This document shows, one piece after another, positions 34,794 to 47,262 of a DNA stretch of 64,000 nt; the first letter of the stretch is position 1; every line of letters starts with the position of its first letter. The notes beneath the pieces are model-generated. The model saw nothing but the letters and a program-made list of their open reading frames with translations, had not been told where the DNA came from and did not search any database. Made by a program: the position numbers and the translations under genes. The stretch is from Trypanosoma brucei. Its lineage: Eukaryota. The stretch spans positions 224,001 to 288,000 of the forward strand of contig CP000071.1 in NCBI GenBank assembly GCA_000002445.1, read 5' to 3'.

Positions 34794-36157
34794 TCCTTTT
34801 CTTTTTTCCTTTCCTTTCCTTTCCTTTCCTCTTCTCTCTCTTAGGGAAGTTTCCTCTAGCAACTGCTTCCGGTTGCCGCCCCTTCCCCTCCCTCACTTTG
34901 TTGTGGTTCCTTTGTTTTTTTTTCTTTTTTTTTTGTTCTTTCCCTCTTTCGCAGACTTTATTTCCTTCTGTTTTTTTATAATTATTGTTGATTTTTTTGT
35001 GCGTGTCTTTTTCCTTTTTTTCCCCCCTTTATTTTCCTTTTTCTGTTTTTGTTTTCTTCCCTCAAAACAAAAAGTAAAATTCTCTACTGTTTCTGCCTGT
35101 TCAAACCCTTGACACTCACTAAGATTATGTCAGTCTTAAGACGGGAGCCAAAACAACAAAAAAAACAAAAGGCAAAGGCACAGACAAAAACAAAAATATA
35201 AGTAATAATAATAAAGAAAAAAATTAAAACTAAAAAAAAAGGGATCAAACTGATCGTAGTCCTCTTTTTCTTGTAAGTGTTTTTTGTTTCGTTATATTAC
35301 TGCGGTCCCTTCAAATTATTCTTTCTCACCTATGTTTTTATATCTTTTTTTTTCTTTTCTTTTCCCTATTTGAATCGTTATCACCCAACGCACAACTTGT
35401 GAAGTTCCTATATTCCGTCAAGATCCCTTTTTTTGTTTTTGTTTCTGTTGTTATTGTTCTCGCCTCTGAACTTTCCCTTCTGTTTTCCAGCTTTTTTTTA
35501 AAAAAAAAAAGTGCTTTCTTTTTTCCCTTCCTTTTCCTTTTCCTTTTCGTTGTTTTTGTTGTTTTTTTCCTTTGCGTCCGCCTGTCTAAACCTCGTTTAC
35601 ACCCTTCGCCTCGGTGGCTCACGGCGTTGGAGGACTTGCCACTAAACGAGTGGACGCCCGGCAACTATAGGAAACAAATAAAAAGAAAAAGAAAAAGAAA
35701 CAAATAAAAGGAGAAGTGAATTGAAGTGAAGAAAGAGAAACACATGTAATCAACTTGTGAAACACAAACAATAAAGAAGTAAACATAGACGCATTCATTC
35801 ATTCATGCGTTTACCTTATGTGTATGTATATATATATTATTATTATTATTATTATTTTTATTATTTATAGATACAACGATAGCGGCACTACTACTAGTAC
35901 TACTAAATATTTAACAAACAAGGAACGTATGAATAATAACAATAACGTCAACAAATACCCATACGCAAATATGAAACCCCCGAGGACGCCGGAATTACTC
36001 CAGTTGATGGTTTTCTAAATAATAAAAAAAAAGGGTAAGAAAAGAACAATGCCGCCAGCACCTCACACGCAAAGATTTATATAAACACAAAAATATAAAA
36101 TGCGTACAGATATATGTATAAATATATTCGCTCTCACATACAACTAAATATACATGA

Positions 36158-36158
<1 letters not shown>

Positions 36159-36195
<37 letters not shown>
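36159..36195. repeat. Compound (TA)n(TG)n microsatellite.
   Basis: Seen directly: tatatatatatatatatatata followed by tgtgtgtgtgtgtgt. Confidence 0.9.
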
Positions 36196-37156
36196 ATATA
36201 TATGTATCTGTATGTGTATGTATATGTTTATTTTCATTTTCATTCTTACTTATTTACGGACACGGAAGTGCACCAATAAATACACGTTCCATTAATTTAC
36301 CCCTTTCATTTGTAGCAACGCACGCAAATTCATATAATTAACCTCTTTGCTTCACCATTTCAACTGCTTCTTTGATTTTATTTTGTTCCATTTTTCCCCC
36401 CCCCCTTCCCTTTTCTCTCTTTCGTACCGACAAAAAAAAACTAACAAGGTGGAACGAAACATGGAGTGAACCACAAAACAAAACAGTAAGTAAATATAAC
36501 CAAAAAAAACAATAGGGGGAAAAAAAACAAAACTATAATATGGAAAAATAAAAATGAAAAATAAAAAAAAAGTGAACAGGCAAACGACGCCATGCACGCA
36601 TAAAAATACAGAAAAGTCACCTTTCCTCCCTCAAAAAAAAAAAACAGGAATGACACACACGCACAAAGAAGTAAAAGTGGCTCACAAGTTTACAAATATG
36701 GAGAAATCTCCCCGAATCCCATCTATCGTTTCAGCTTCTGCTTCTTCACATTAATTTCCTTTAAATGAGATACACCGTTTCCTAACACCAGCAACAATAA
36801 CAACGATTATGGAAAGCAAAAAGTCACATTTGTTTCCTATACTTTTCGCTGACTCCCCTTCTTTCCTATCTTCAATATTCTTTTTTCAGAAACCTTCTCT
36901 CCTCCTCCATCTCCCCTCCTTTCCTTTTCATTTCTTTTAGTATTCTGCTCCAAACAATACTAAAAGTAATTAATATTATTATTATTATTACCATTATTAT
37001 CATCAGGGGTTTGCAGATACCATTTGCTTTGTTTCACTCAGTAAGCAAAAGAGGGGGAGAAAGAAAGGCGGGCGAATGGAAAAACAAACACGAGGCCAAA
37101 TGTCGGCGCTGAAATATCTCCAGAGTAGAACAACAAAACATAAATTAAAATTGCCA

Positions 37157-39406
37157 TTACATAACATGGCAGCATTTCGTTTTCTCTCTCTGCCGCGGAA
37201 GGCCAATCAACACTGAGGAGGGGACCGCTTCCCCAACAGTTTGCTGCGGGGACGCACACGACTCGAAGGAACGCACAGACGTTAAGGAACGACGCGCTGT
37301 TCTATCGGTTACTTCAGACTCGGCTGCCGTATGTGACTCGGCTGCCGTATGTGCAACTGATGGTGGGCGTGATACCACTATAACACCCCGTCGTCGACTA
37401 CCAAATGGTGCACTTGAAAAGGGTGAATGCTCCTCCGAGGTTGCGGGAAACGGTTCGGATGTTGCTATCGGAGACCGACGTCGCGCCGTTTGTGTAACCG
37501 CAACAGGAACCTCCGCAGCGGGTTCCGTATCCAGAAAAAAGGGTACCCGATTAGACATCGGTGACGACGCGCAAGCGGTAGAAATGTTCGGTGAATTGGC
37601 TGGAACTTCACTAAACATGGGTAACGACCGACTTGAATGCAAAGCTATCGATTGGTGCGGACCACGTGCGGTCGTTGGGCACAGTTCAGTAGAATCCGCA
37701 ACTGACGAACACCGTGACGCCTTCTCAGTTACAGGGTGTGAGTGAACGGTCGGTGCAACTGAGGAGCGAAGCGATATTTTGTTCGTGACCAGAGATCGCT
37801 CGACGGTAGTCGGAAGTGCCGGGCATGTCCACTTTTCAGGGGTGACGAGTGACGCATCGGCAGTAGGCGTTATCGATAGACGGTCTGAAGCGGCCGCTGG
37901 TGATGATGGCGATTGCGCGGTGGGTGCTTCCTCTAACGAATTCTGCGAACCATCCGCAGCGACAGCCGTCGATCTCGCTGTCGGCACAACTGATGGTTGA
38001 GGGGAAGCCCTCGAAGAGGCACCCGTCATCTTAATAATGGGTGTTATTCCGGTCCGACGTGAAAAAAACTCACTAGCAGTAGGAGAGGATGGGCTATCTA
38101 ATAAACATGAACCACTCTCCGAAAGACGCCTCCACCTCACAACCCTTTCGGCGACCACACGCCCACTTGCCTCTTCAGTAGTTCGCGAGGTCCTCCTAAG
38201 CGATGATGCGGGAGTTCGAGGAGTACCCCTCGACGTAACCCGCCCAGACGCTGCATTTGCGCTGCGTGTAGACCCCATAATTGTAACTATAGGGATTCGA
38301 GGTGTCGTGCTTGCCGTCGCAAAACCCCCCATTGCTCCAGGTTTTCGACTAAGGCTTCTTCTTGATGTCACTGCAGGAACCTTAAGTGGGACTAAACCAT
38401 TTGTTACCGAAAGGCTTGCTTCCATCCCACAGCTCTTTAGGGTACTTATGGCTGATGGTTTGGGAACTCGTGGTGTGACAACGGCTGATGTTTGCACAAC
38501 CTTCGCATCATGAATATGAGGGACATCCTCATCCACCACAAGTTCAACCACCACGTCATCGTCACCCACAGGGCTCGCGGGGATATTATTACCTTTGACT
38601 GTGGTAGGCGTAACGCATGCCTCAGGTCTTCGATGTGTCATTCTTGTTGCAACGACAGGTGGACGGAGTGTATCGGTCGTTCCTGTAATCCCGTTTCCTG
38701 CGCCACAGTTTCGTGGAGTTTTTTTTGCCGCTGTCTCAGTGACCCTAGGAGTTCTTTCGACACGTACTGCCAAATCAGGCGATGGCGGTTGTTCTTCCCT
38801 AGAGGTAGAAGGAACCTCTACATGTTCCACAACTATTGTTGGAGACGCTGTTTCCCGAGTGGCCGCAGCAGCGCGGGAAGCAATCTTTGTAAGAGGCAAG
38901 TGCTGCGAGTAGGGGGACATTAAAATACACTCGGCGCTTTCACCCGGAAGGAACCATTCACTGCAGCTTAACTCCGGAGCTGCAGGAGTTGGGGACAATA
39001 ACTGTGGAGTGGGTTGATCCGAAGACGCCATGGGAAGATAAATGACAGTCTTGGCCAAACCGTCTCCCGCGTCTACTGATTTTGTGGCCTCGAAATCATC
39101 ATCACATGAAGGGATTAAATTCAGCGGCGTTTTTTGTGCGGGTAGTGCGCATTGCCGCGGTGATGGAGCACGTGAGGTAAACGTTGTGGCACTGCTCTCA
39201 AACCATTTCATAACGCTGTCACCATCAAGTGTGTGAGACGAGGTGTCGCATGGGCGCGGTGTGGGGTCACCTGTTACCTTCTTTCCCAGTAGAGTCGGAA
39301 CCGTGCGGGGAGTGCGGTACAAGAGATAATCTTGTGCAGGATCTAAGTGTGTAATTATCTTACATCTCTTAAATTGTTCCAGTTCAGCAAAGATGTTGAT
39401 AGTCAT
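37157..39406 (-). CDS. Ser/Thr/Pro/Ala-rich hypothetical protein, about 749 aa, mostly low-complexity and predicted disordered.
   Basis: Track ORF 37157..39463 begins with TTG, so I trimmed it to the ATG at 39404-39406 (MTINIFAELEQFKRCKIITHLDP...). It is a long open frame on the common coding strand with S/T/P-rich composition throughout and no domain I recognise. Confidence 0.45.
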   Translation of the reverse strand: MTINIFAELEQFKRCKIITHLDPAQDYLLYRTPRTVPTLLGKKVTGDPTPRPCDTSSHTLDGDSVMKWFESSATTFTSRAPSPRQCALPAQKTPLNLIPSCDDDFEATKSVDAGDGLAKTVIYLPMASSDQPTPQLLSPTPAAPELSCSEWFLPGESAECILMSPYSQHLPLTKIASRAAAATRETASPTIVVEHVEVPSTSREEQPPSPDLAVRVERTPRVTETAAKKTPRNCGAGNGITGTTDTLRPPVVATRMTHRRPEACVTPTTVKGNNIPASPVGDDDVVVELVVDEDVPHIHDAKVVQTSAVVTPRVPKPSAISTLKSCGMEASLSVTNGLVPLKVPAVTSRRSLSRKPGAMGGFATASTTPRIPIVTIMGSTRSANAASGRVTSRGTPRTPASSLRRTSRTTEEASGRVVAERVVRWRRLSESGSCLLDSPSSPTASEFFSRRTGITPIIKMTGASSRASPQPSVVPTARSTAVAADGSQNSLEEAPTAQSPSSPAAASDRLSITPTADASLVTPEKWTCPALPTTVERSLVTNKISLRSSVAPTVHSHPVTEKASRCSSVADSTELCPTTARGPHQSIALHSSRSLPMFSEVPANSPNISTACASSPMSNRVPFFLDTEPAAEVPVAVTQTARRRSPIATSEPFPATSEEHSPFSSAPFGSRRRGVIVVSRPPSVAHTAAESHTAAESEVTDRTARRSLTSVRSFESCASPQQTVGEAVPSSVLIGLPRQREKTKCCHVM

Positions 39407-41482
39407 TCTGCTCAACTCTATAAATGAAAAGAAAGCGTTTGGTGTGCCCCTCCTAGTTTTCAACCTCTCACCTTATTCCCCTCACCTTCCACGCTTCTTT
39501 GCTGTTTCCTCTTATTTTTATTTTTACTTTTATTTTTGATAATTTGATCCTGTTTGTTACCCCGCTGTACTTTAATTTGAAGTATATTTGTCCTCCTGTT
39601 CTCTACCTATTTCCTTTGATACTTGAATATGCGTACACGTTTATTTTATATACGTATAATCAAATATATATATATATATATATCTGGTGCGATTTCGCCA
39701 CTAGAAATCTTCTTCTTATATTACAGGGACCCTCCTTCTTCCAAAAAAAAGGGGGGGGTAAAAAAATGATAATCAAAAAGCTAATAAAAGATGGTTCAGT
39801 GACGGAATTTCTTCTCTGAATAAAATATGAAGGCCTTCACTGTTGGGTAAAACCCCTCCCCCTTGTTCAGCACCTTTCCTTATTTTCTCCTAAATTTTCC
39901 TTTCCTCTACTTAGAGCAGCAAGGAAATCAAACAACGCTGATCATATCCATGAAGAAGGAAAGGAAAGAAAAAAAAAAGAGTTCAATATGGGGAAACCCA
40001 AAAGGTTATCGTGTAAAGACGGTAACAAAACAACAAATGAAAGGGGGAAAAAAAAACGGCATCCAAGCCATTCATAGAAATGGTTATCAAACATCAGATT
40101 GTATTGCAACTCTTTCTTTGTTTTTTTTTCCTCCTTGCGTTTCCACTTCTCATTCATGGCTATTGCTTCTACTCCGCTTTGTCTTTTTTTTTTGTTTATT
40201 TGACGTCCGTATGCTTGCATGCGTGTGTCTGTGCATGTTTCGTGTTCGTTTGCTTCTTTGTTTTACCTCCATCCTCCTCCTCCTCATCCTCCTCTTCCCC
40301 CTCAAAAAAAAAAAAATGATTCACCACAAAGATACTCTCGCAAAAGAGAGCAGGAACAAAATATGGTGTCTGTTTTCTCAGTGTGAGCAATCGTGTTTTT
40401 CCACGAGGCAAAAAAAAAAAAAAAAAGACACACCACGCGACGAAGGGTCACGATAACCAGCAAATTGAAAAAAATAATAATAAGTGTAATAATAATCAAA
40501 ATAAAAAAAAAGAAAAAGAAGCAGTTTGAAGGAATAATACTCATTCTGGTACCTCCTTTGCTATTGCCCTTTTTCCCTCCTTTTGCGCTCCACTCCACCT
40601 CACGTCCGTGGAAACGTATGAGTGCAAACTTCAACCCGCAAAAAAAAAAAACAGAAAAAAAAACGCTACAAATGCGCGGATGGGCGACGGAATCAATCAT
40701 TGGTCAAAAGGCGCAGGGGGTCAGTTTTTTTTAAATCTGTTTCTGTTTCTTTTTTTTTTTTTTTGCTTTTCTTTTACTTCATTCATCCTAATTTTCCTCT
40801 ACACCTCCCTTCCTTTCTTGTTTGTTCGTTGTTTGTTTTTTTTTTGTTGTTGTTGTTATTGTGTTGCTTCCTTGTTTTTTATAACTCTCCTCTTCTTTAT
40901 TTGTTGATTGGTTCCCTCATCTTCTCTTTTCCCCCTTCACTATTTTTCTTTCTTTTCTTTCCTTTCTTCTAAACTTTCACTTCATTCCTCTTCCTTATTT
41001 CCAAGATTATGTCACTAAAAGGTGCCATCAGAGGAATGAACTAATGAATTTGAAGAAAAAAAAAAAGAAAAGAAAGAAAATGAGCAAAAACACAACAACA
41101 CATGCACACACACACACTCACACACTGACACATATGCATACATACATTTATATGCACAAACATACGCGTGTACATGAATAATAAGAGATTAAAAGGAAGG
41201 AAAGAGGTGCTCACACAAAAAACAAACAAATACGCAGAGACACGCACATACAAAAGTAAAAAAAAAAAGAAACAAAGATATAAATAAAAGCACTAGCAGA
41301 TAACAAGAGGAGAGGGAGGTTGACGGAAGCAAAAATAAATGAACGAATGAGGAAGAAGAGACGTAAACGTAGAAAAGAGAAAGAGGGAGAGAGAAGGATT
41401 GCGCGAGGCATGAAAAAAGGAACTAAAAACAAGATGAAGTTCCTTTTCTTCTTTTCCCGCTTTGCTATTCATATTTAAATAT

Positions 41483-41487
<5 letters not shown>

Positions 41488-41513
<26 letters not shown>
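41488..41513. repeat. (TA)n microsatellite.
   Basis: Seen directly. Confidence 0.9.
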
Positions 41514-41519
<6 letters not shown>

Positions 41520-42111
41520 TTTTTTTTTCTGACTCTGATTTTATATGACGAAGGCTTCCTTCATGCCGCACTTCCGCTATAATGAAAAGAAAAAAAAAGA
41601 GGAGGAAGAAAAAGAGGGGGAAAAGTGGGAAATGGAACACATATGCATATGTGCTCGTGTGGTGGCTTTATAAACAAACTTACTTCCATTGTTTTCCTTT
41701 ACCCCCTCCCCCCGATATTGCGTGTTTGTGTTGTTTTTTTTTTCTTTATTTCCCCCTTCACTCCACTCCCCTTTTTGACTTCTCCTCCTTTCTTTCCTAT
41801 CCATTCCCCCTCACTCCATTCATCGTATTTTTATACCTCCTCTTTGTCTTTCTCTTTCCCTCTCATTCACTCTCACTCTTTTCATTTAATTAGTGTATAT
41901 TTATGTTTTGTTTTGTGGTGACGTTTTTTTTTTTTCCCCCCCCTCCTTTCTTTTCTTTTCTTTTCCTTTTTGCTGCTTGTTTTTCTCCCTTTTTCTCCTT
42001 TTTTTTCACTTTTATCCTTTTTGTTTTTTTTGTTTCGGAGGGAAAATGGGGGGCCGTTGTTTCGGTTGTACCTCTTTTTTTTTTTAGTTTTTTTGTTCTT
42101 TTATTTTTTCT

Positions 42112-42738
42112 TTAGCAACATCCACTCTTTTGACCTCCGCTGTTGGTTGCTGGGCGGTTATTACCGGTTAGTAATGGCCTTCCACCAGCAGTTGCGCCGC
42201 TGTTGGCTCCCTGAGCAGCCACACGTTTCTTAATATTTTTTGCCATCTCAATGAAAGCCGTCTCCACGTTGGAGGATTCTTTAGCACTTGTCTCCAGGAA
42301 GGGAATCCCGAGGCTGTCAGCAAATTCCTGTGCCATCTGCGTGTCAACGGCCTTCTTCGTAACGAGGTCACATTTATTGCCGACTAGCAGCTTGTTCACA
42401 TTCTCACTGGCAAACTTGTCAATTTCAGAAAGCCAAGTTTTTACGTTGTTGAAACTCTCCATATCGGTAGTATCATACACAATAATAATGCCGTGTGCCC
42501 CGCGGTAGTAACTACTGGTGATGGTACGGAAGCGCTCCTGGCCGGCAGTATCCCAAATTTGTAATTTAATAACTTTACCATCAATATCCAGTGTGCGAAT
42601 TTTAAAGTCCACACCGATGGTGCTGATGTAACTCTCCGTGTAGCTGTCGTCCGCAAAACGGAGAAGGAGACACGACTTTCCCACACCGCTATCGCCAATG
42701 AGCAACAGCTTAAAAAGGTGATCGTACTCTGTAGACAT
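42112..42738 (-). CDS. RAB1: Rab1 (Ypt1) family small GTPase, 208 aa, with a C-terminal CC prenylation motif.
   Basis: Starts at an ATG (cat at 42736-42738). Canonical motifs are GDSGVGKS (P-loop), WDTAGQE, NKCD and ETSAK, plus the Rab1/Ypt1 effector and RabF/RabSF signatures ([25 protein letters not shown]). It ends in GCC. Confidence 0.9.
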   Translation of the reverse strand: MSTEYDHLFKLLLIGDSGVGKSCLLLRFADDSYTESYISTIGVDFKIRTLDIDGKVIKLQIWDTAGQERFRTITSSYYRGAHGIIIVYDTTDMESFNNVKTWLSEIDKFASENVNKLLVGNKCDLVTKKAVDTQMAQEFADSLGIPFLETSAKESSNVETAFIEMAKNIKKRVAAQGANSGATAGGRPLLTGNNRPATNSGGQKSGCC

Positions 42739-42849
42739 AATTCACCAGTTTACTTGCAAAATAACTTCTTTGATCCCTTTTCCCTACTGTTCTCGATTGA
42801 TTTGGCTGCTGTTGTTGTTACAGTTGTTGTTGTTTTAACACTTCCTTTC

Positions 42850-42892
42850 TTTTCGCTTCACAAAGAGGAAACAAAAAAAAAAAAAAGAAACC
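42850..42892 (-). promoter_or_regulatory. Candidate polypyrimidine tract plus AG trans-splice acceptor for the Rab1 mRNA, read on the minus strand.
   Basis: Plus 42861-42890 is caaagaggaaacaaaaaaaaaaaaaagaaa, which reads on the coding strand as a U-rich polyY run (TTTCTTTTTTTTTTTTTTGTTTCCTCTTTG). The first AG dinucleotides follow downstream of it, about 110-130 nt upstream of the Rab1 ATG. This placement follows the known trypanosomatid SL-addition rule (polyY, then the first downstream AG). It has not been mapped. Confidence 0.3.
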
Positions 42893-45800
42893 TTCCCCCT
42901 TCTTTTCTCCTAATATGTCTCTGTTACCTGAGATGGTGCTGCTAAGTGAATGATTTCACACACGCAAAAACAGACTATAACCTACTTGTCGTGACTGTGA
43001 GAATACACTTCAGTTTGTTTGTTTTTTTTTTAAAAAAGAAAGAGTTGTAGAGCAATTGAATACTGTAACCGTTTGGAAACGTGCAAGTTAAATGCGAAAA
43101 TTGAAAAAATATATATATATATAGTCCAGAAAATTTAAAGGAATAAAAGAAGGAGGAATAAAAGACGCAATACGCCTAACGGTAAAGGCAGAAAAAAAAA
43201 ACAGACGTACATTAGAAAATTAATGGTTTTAATGAAGAAACCAAAGGAAACCTTTACACCATTCTGATCATTTGTTGGATGTCTCTCTCTCATACGCTTT
43301 TCTCTCTCTATATGCAGTTAAAATTTCATCCTCTCCTTTACGTCTAACGAAACAATTTTGGTCCTTCCTTCATCTTCTACCACTTAAAAACCAAAACAAG
43401 CACCTAACGGGGAAGACGACAAAGAAAAAAAAAGAAGGGAGGAAAAAAGGCATCGTTCAATAACTGAGTAATGGAGCAACATTGGGAATCAGAAAAGAGA
43501 GAGAGAGATAGAGAGGAGAAGAATAGAAACAAAAGTGTGTTAAGTTGAAGATGCCACTGTGACGACGGCAAAGAGGAGATAACAAAAAAGGGAAAAGAGG
43601 AAGATGAGTGAAAGAAATAGAGAGAAAGCGGGGCTCAAATGTAAAAAAGTGAAAAAGAAAAAAAGTGGGAAAGAACATAATCCGGAAGCATAGGCTTACA
43701 TAGCAACCACCCGCCAAGTTCTGCGAAAACATGGTTGAAAGGGTCACTGCCACAATACTCGCACCTGCGCATATGCCTTCATATGTAGATCCTGAAATGT
43801 ACACGGAACTCCCACACACAATTGGCAATGAAACACACAAATATTCAAATACAAAATATATTTAATGGGAAGAGGGGAAATATTGGGCATACGTGCGAGA
43901 TTAAGTGTCACAGTTCACATCCACGAAACTAAACACCACCTTCACGTCATCACACCAATTCATTCTCCTCTTCTCTTTTATTTACTTTTAAACGCTCAAC
44001 ATTGCGCCAGAAACCGTAACAATTGTATCTGCTCCCATTGTGGTTTCTTCACATATATAAACCATCGAAGAGTCGAATGGAAAACAAAACATTCCACCCT
44101 CTTAATACTTTCGATTTGGATATCTTCTCTTTTTTTTTATTTCTAACCTCCCTTTTTCTCTCTCCCTCACTTTTAATAGTTCCTACTTTTCGTCCCGCCC
44201 GTTAACCCTCTTTCCTGCCCGAAAAACAAACGGTCCCACCATTTCATTCCTTTTGCTGCCCTCTTCTCTTATTTGAAAATCACCTCCCGTTCGTTATGTT
44301 ACTTTCTTCACTTCCTGTCGTATTCTTATTTATATTCATTCCTTCGCTTGGCGATCCGTAATTGTGTGTACTTGTGTAACGATATGCACGAGAAGCGCTC
44401 GTTCCTGTACTTAATTCTCTCCCCCATATAGACAACACACATGCACACATCCTACAAAACGCATCATATAACCTCCTTTCCCTGTGCTTTTTTTTTTTAC
44501 TTTTTGCCTGCACCTAACAATCGAAAATATATTAGAAGCCAAACACATACACACACACATATATATATAGATATAGATATATGCACAGGTTTTTTTATTT
44601 TATTTTTTTTAAAAAAAAAACATACAAACGTACACATACGCATTATTCCGCTTCCTTTACCCAGGCGCTGCAACTTCCCTCCTTCTGATATATTTATCGG
44701 TACATTCGGCAGGGAATGAGGGACCTTTTCCCGTAAAATGGTATAAAAGTGACGGCGAAACGCCACTTAAAATGTATGTGTAAATATAAATAAATAAATA
44801 TGTATATATATGTGTGTGTGAATGTTCCTTTTTATTTCCTTTTGTTTTCTTTTCTGATCCTTTTCTTCAACCGATTAATTGAGGACAGTCAAACAGGGTG
44901 GTGGATTCACTTCCCTGATCTTCACTATAGTCGTTACAGCCTTTTGCTTTTTATTTATTAACTTACTTGCATGACTTGACGAGTCACAAATACACAAGCA
45001 TTATCATACGTCCTTTCCCTTCACTTTTCTTTTCCTCCTTTTGTCCCCCAAAAACAAATCATCGCCCTGTACAAAACAAAAAATATTACCGGAATCTCCT
45101 CTCAATTTCACCAATTACTCTTCACGCATCTCAACTCCTTCACCACATGTTCTCTACACACTCTCCCAACCTCTTGTCAACAACATTTGTGTAAAAAGCA
45201 GAAAAATGAAGAGACAATGGGAATCTAACGTAAGCTCACGTCACATCTGCTTCATCGCACAAATAAAAATGTTAAAGAAAGAAGAAAAAAGAAGAAGAAA
45301 AACGTCGCAGCAGCAGTGGTGGTAATACACTAATGGAAGCTGTCAAACTGAAAAAACAAAAAAAAAGACGAAGGATCGCCAGAAGGAGATGGAAGAAAGG
45401 AAGAAAGTGGAGGGAAAAAGCAGGGGAGTAGAAGCAGGAAAGTTAACATTATTACTATAGCATAAAATGATGATAATAATGTTAATAAAGGATCGAAGGA
45501 GCTAAAACCGTTACGATTCCATGTCTCCCACCCACTACAAATGGAAATTAAAAACCTTGTGAAGTGAAGTTGAAACAGACATCGGTTATATCTCTGCCCT
45601 TACCTTTACATGGCATCATTCCCCTATCACATCATCGTCTTTTCCTCCTTTTCACTTCCCCATCATTTTCACCACACGCGTTTATTATTACTATCTTTTT
45701 TTTTGTTTGCTGTTGTTGTTTACAAATACTTCACCACGCACCCAATCGGAGAGGCAGCACCTTCCACACAAGTAGATATATATCCTACGTATAACACCTA

Positions 45801-46275
45801 TCGATCCCCTTTAGATTTTTCAATACACCTTCACAATGCGCATTCATATCCCCACCTCTCTTTTTGTTCTTTTTTTTTTTCCTTGTTCTCTTTCTTTCTA
45901 CATGGGATGTGAATAATTCATCTCATAAGGGAAAAGTTCCATCAGAACCGTGAAATATAAAGAAAACCGCGAGGTAAACACCCCACATAACCCTTAAACC
46001 TCCGCTCCCCCACCACTTGAATTCACCCCATGTAAACCTCCTCCACACATGCGCAGTCGGAACTACATTGAGTACCGACAGGACACAATAGTAATTGAAC
46101 ACAGAATTCGTCAAAGGAAATTTTAAAAAAAAAAATAATAATAATAATAATAATAAAACAAAAACAAAAAAAGAAGGGAGGGTGAAACAACAACAACTAA
46201 CCTCCAGCACACTGCAAGAAAGAGCCACGCCGCTTCCACCCGAACGCCCTCCTCCCCCCCTCCGCCTTTGTTCAG

Positions 46276-47262
46276 CTAATCTCGGCGTTTGCGGTAATTT
46301 TCACTGCCAGACCTGGAGCCGCTGCTTGCGCTTCGACTGCGCTCCCGACGTCTGCGGTCCCGCTTTTTATAACCGCGACTCCCCGCTGAGGCTTCACTGC
46401 TTCGGCGGCTGTACGATGACCGGCTGCTGACGGGACTGCCACTCCGGCTGCGGTTGCGAGTGCGGCGACGACCCCGACTGTTACTACGATGGCTACGGCT
46501 ACGGCTACGGCTACGGCTACGACTGCGGCTTCTGCTGCGGTTACGGTTGCGGTTGCGACTACGACGTCGTCTGCCACGGCTACCGCTACGGCGGCGGGGG
46601 CGATCGACCCGATCATCATCAAGGCGGCCCCGCTTTCCTTCCCGGCTTTGCTGCACGGAAAGACGGCAATCTTGCATGTACTGATTGTGCATCATTTCAA
46701 TCATTCGCCGAGCATGTGCGGGACTCGGAACATCGACGAAGGCACATTCCCCACGGCGACGGAAGCCAATAATTGGGGCGGCCTCCTCGAGTTTACTGCG
46801 CAGTTCCCTATCCGAGATTGACCGTCCGCTCGGACCTAAACCAACGAAAAGAGCCGTGCGGCCTCCCGCGCTGTTGTTGTAGCCCCCGTAGTCGGCACCT
46901 CTTCCATCAAAAGGAACACCACGCCCACGTTCCCTGTGTCGGCCTCGCTCCCTTTCACGTCCCCGTTCACGATCACGATCGCGTTCCCCTTCGCGATTAC
47001 TCCCACGACTATGTTGAACTACCATTCGCGCTTCACCGATATATTTGCCATCCATTTCAGTGATTAGCCTATCTGCAGCTTCCGGGCCCGCCACATCAAC
47101 AAAAGCGCAACGGCCACGAATGCGAACATCAGACACGGGGGCCACCTGCTCCAAGCGCTCCCAAAGCTGTTCTTTGCTGATTGTAGAGGCGGCTGGGCCG
47201 AGGCCAATGTACAATGATACCACTTCTGGGTTATCACTTCCACTCCCGTCTCTGGAATCCAT
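46276..47262 (-). CDS. TSR1: SR-family splicing/RNA-binding protein with two RRMs, an RE/RD-rich linker and a C-terminal RS domain (TSR1-like), 328 aa.
   Basis: Starts at an ATG (cat at 47260-47262). It has two RRM-like domains (LYIGLGP...RCAFVDV...GEARMVV and LFVGLGP...ECAFVDVPSP...CRLSV), a (RD/RE)n linker, and a long (RS)n tail (RNRNRSRSRSRSRSRSRSRSHRSNSRGRRR). TSR1 is, as I recall it, a two-RRM SR protein in T. brucei, which matches this architecture and size, and it sits next to a Rab1 gene. Confidence 0.7.
   Translation of the reverse strand: MDSRDGSGSDNPEVVSLYIGLGPAASTISKEQLWERLEQVAPVSDVRIRGRCAFVDVAGPEAADRLITEMDGKYIGEARMVVQHSRGSNREGERDRDRERGRERERGRHRERGRGVPFDGRGADYGGYNNSAGGRTALFVGLGPSGRSISDRELRSKLEEAAPIIGFRRRGECAFVDVPSPAHARRMIEMMHNQYMQDCRLSVQQSREGKRGRLDDDRVDRPRRRSGSRGRRRRSRNRNRNRSRSRSRSRSRSRSRSHRSNSRGRRRTRNRSRSGSPVSSRSSYSRRSSEASAGSRGYKKRDRRRRERSRSASSGSRSGSENYRKRRD

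Noticed and set aside
33844-34896. The kinase gene starting at the track ORF's first M (34896).
   Set aside because: The 54-codon N-terminal extension is translated from the polypyrimidine/(TA)n spacer (KGKERKGKKKRNIYIYIYIY). The first ATG that gives a canonical kinase N-terminus (MRGTKRIGRYELGKTLG) is at 34734.
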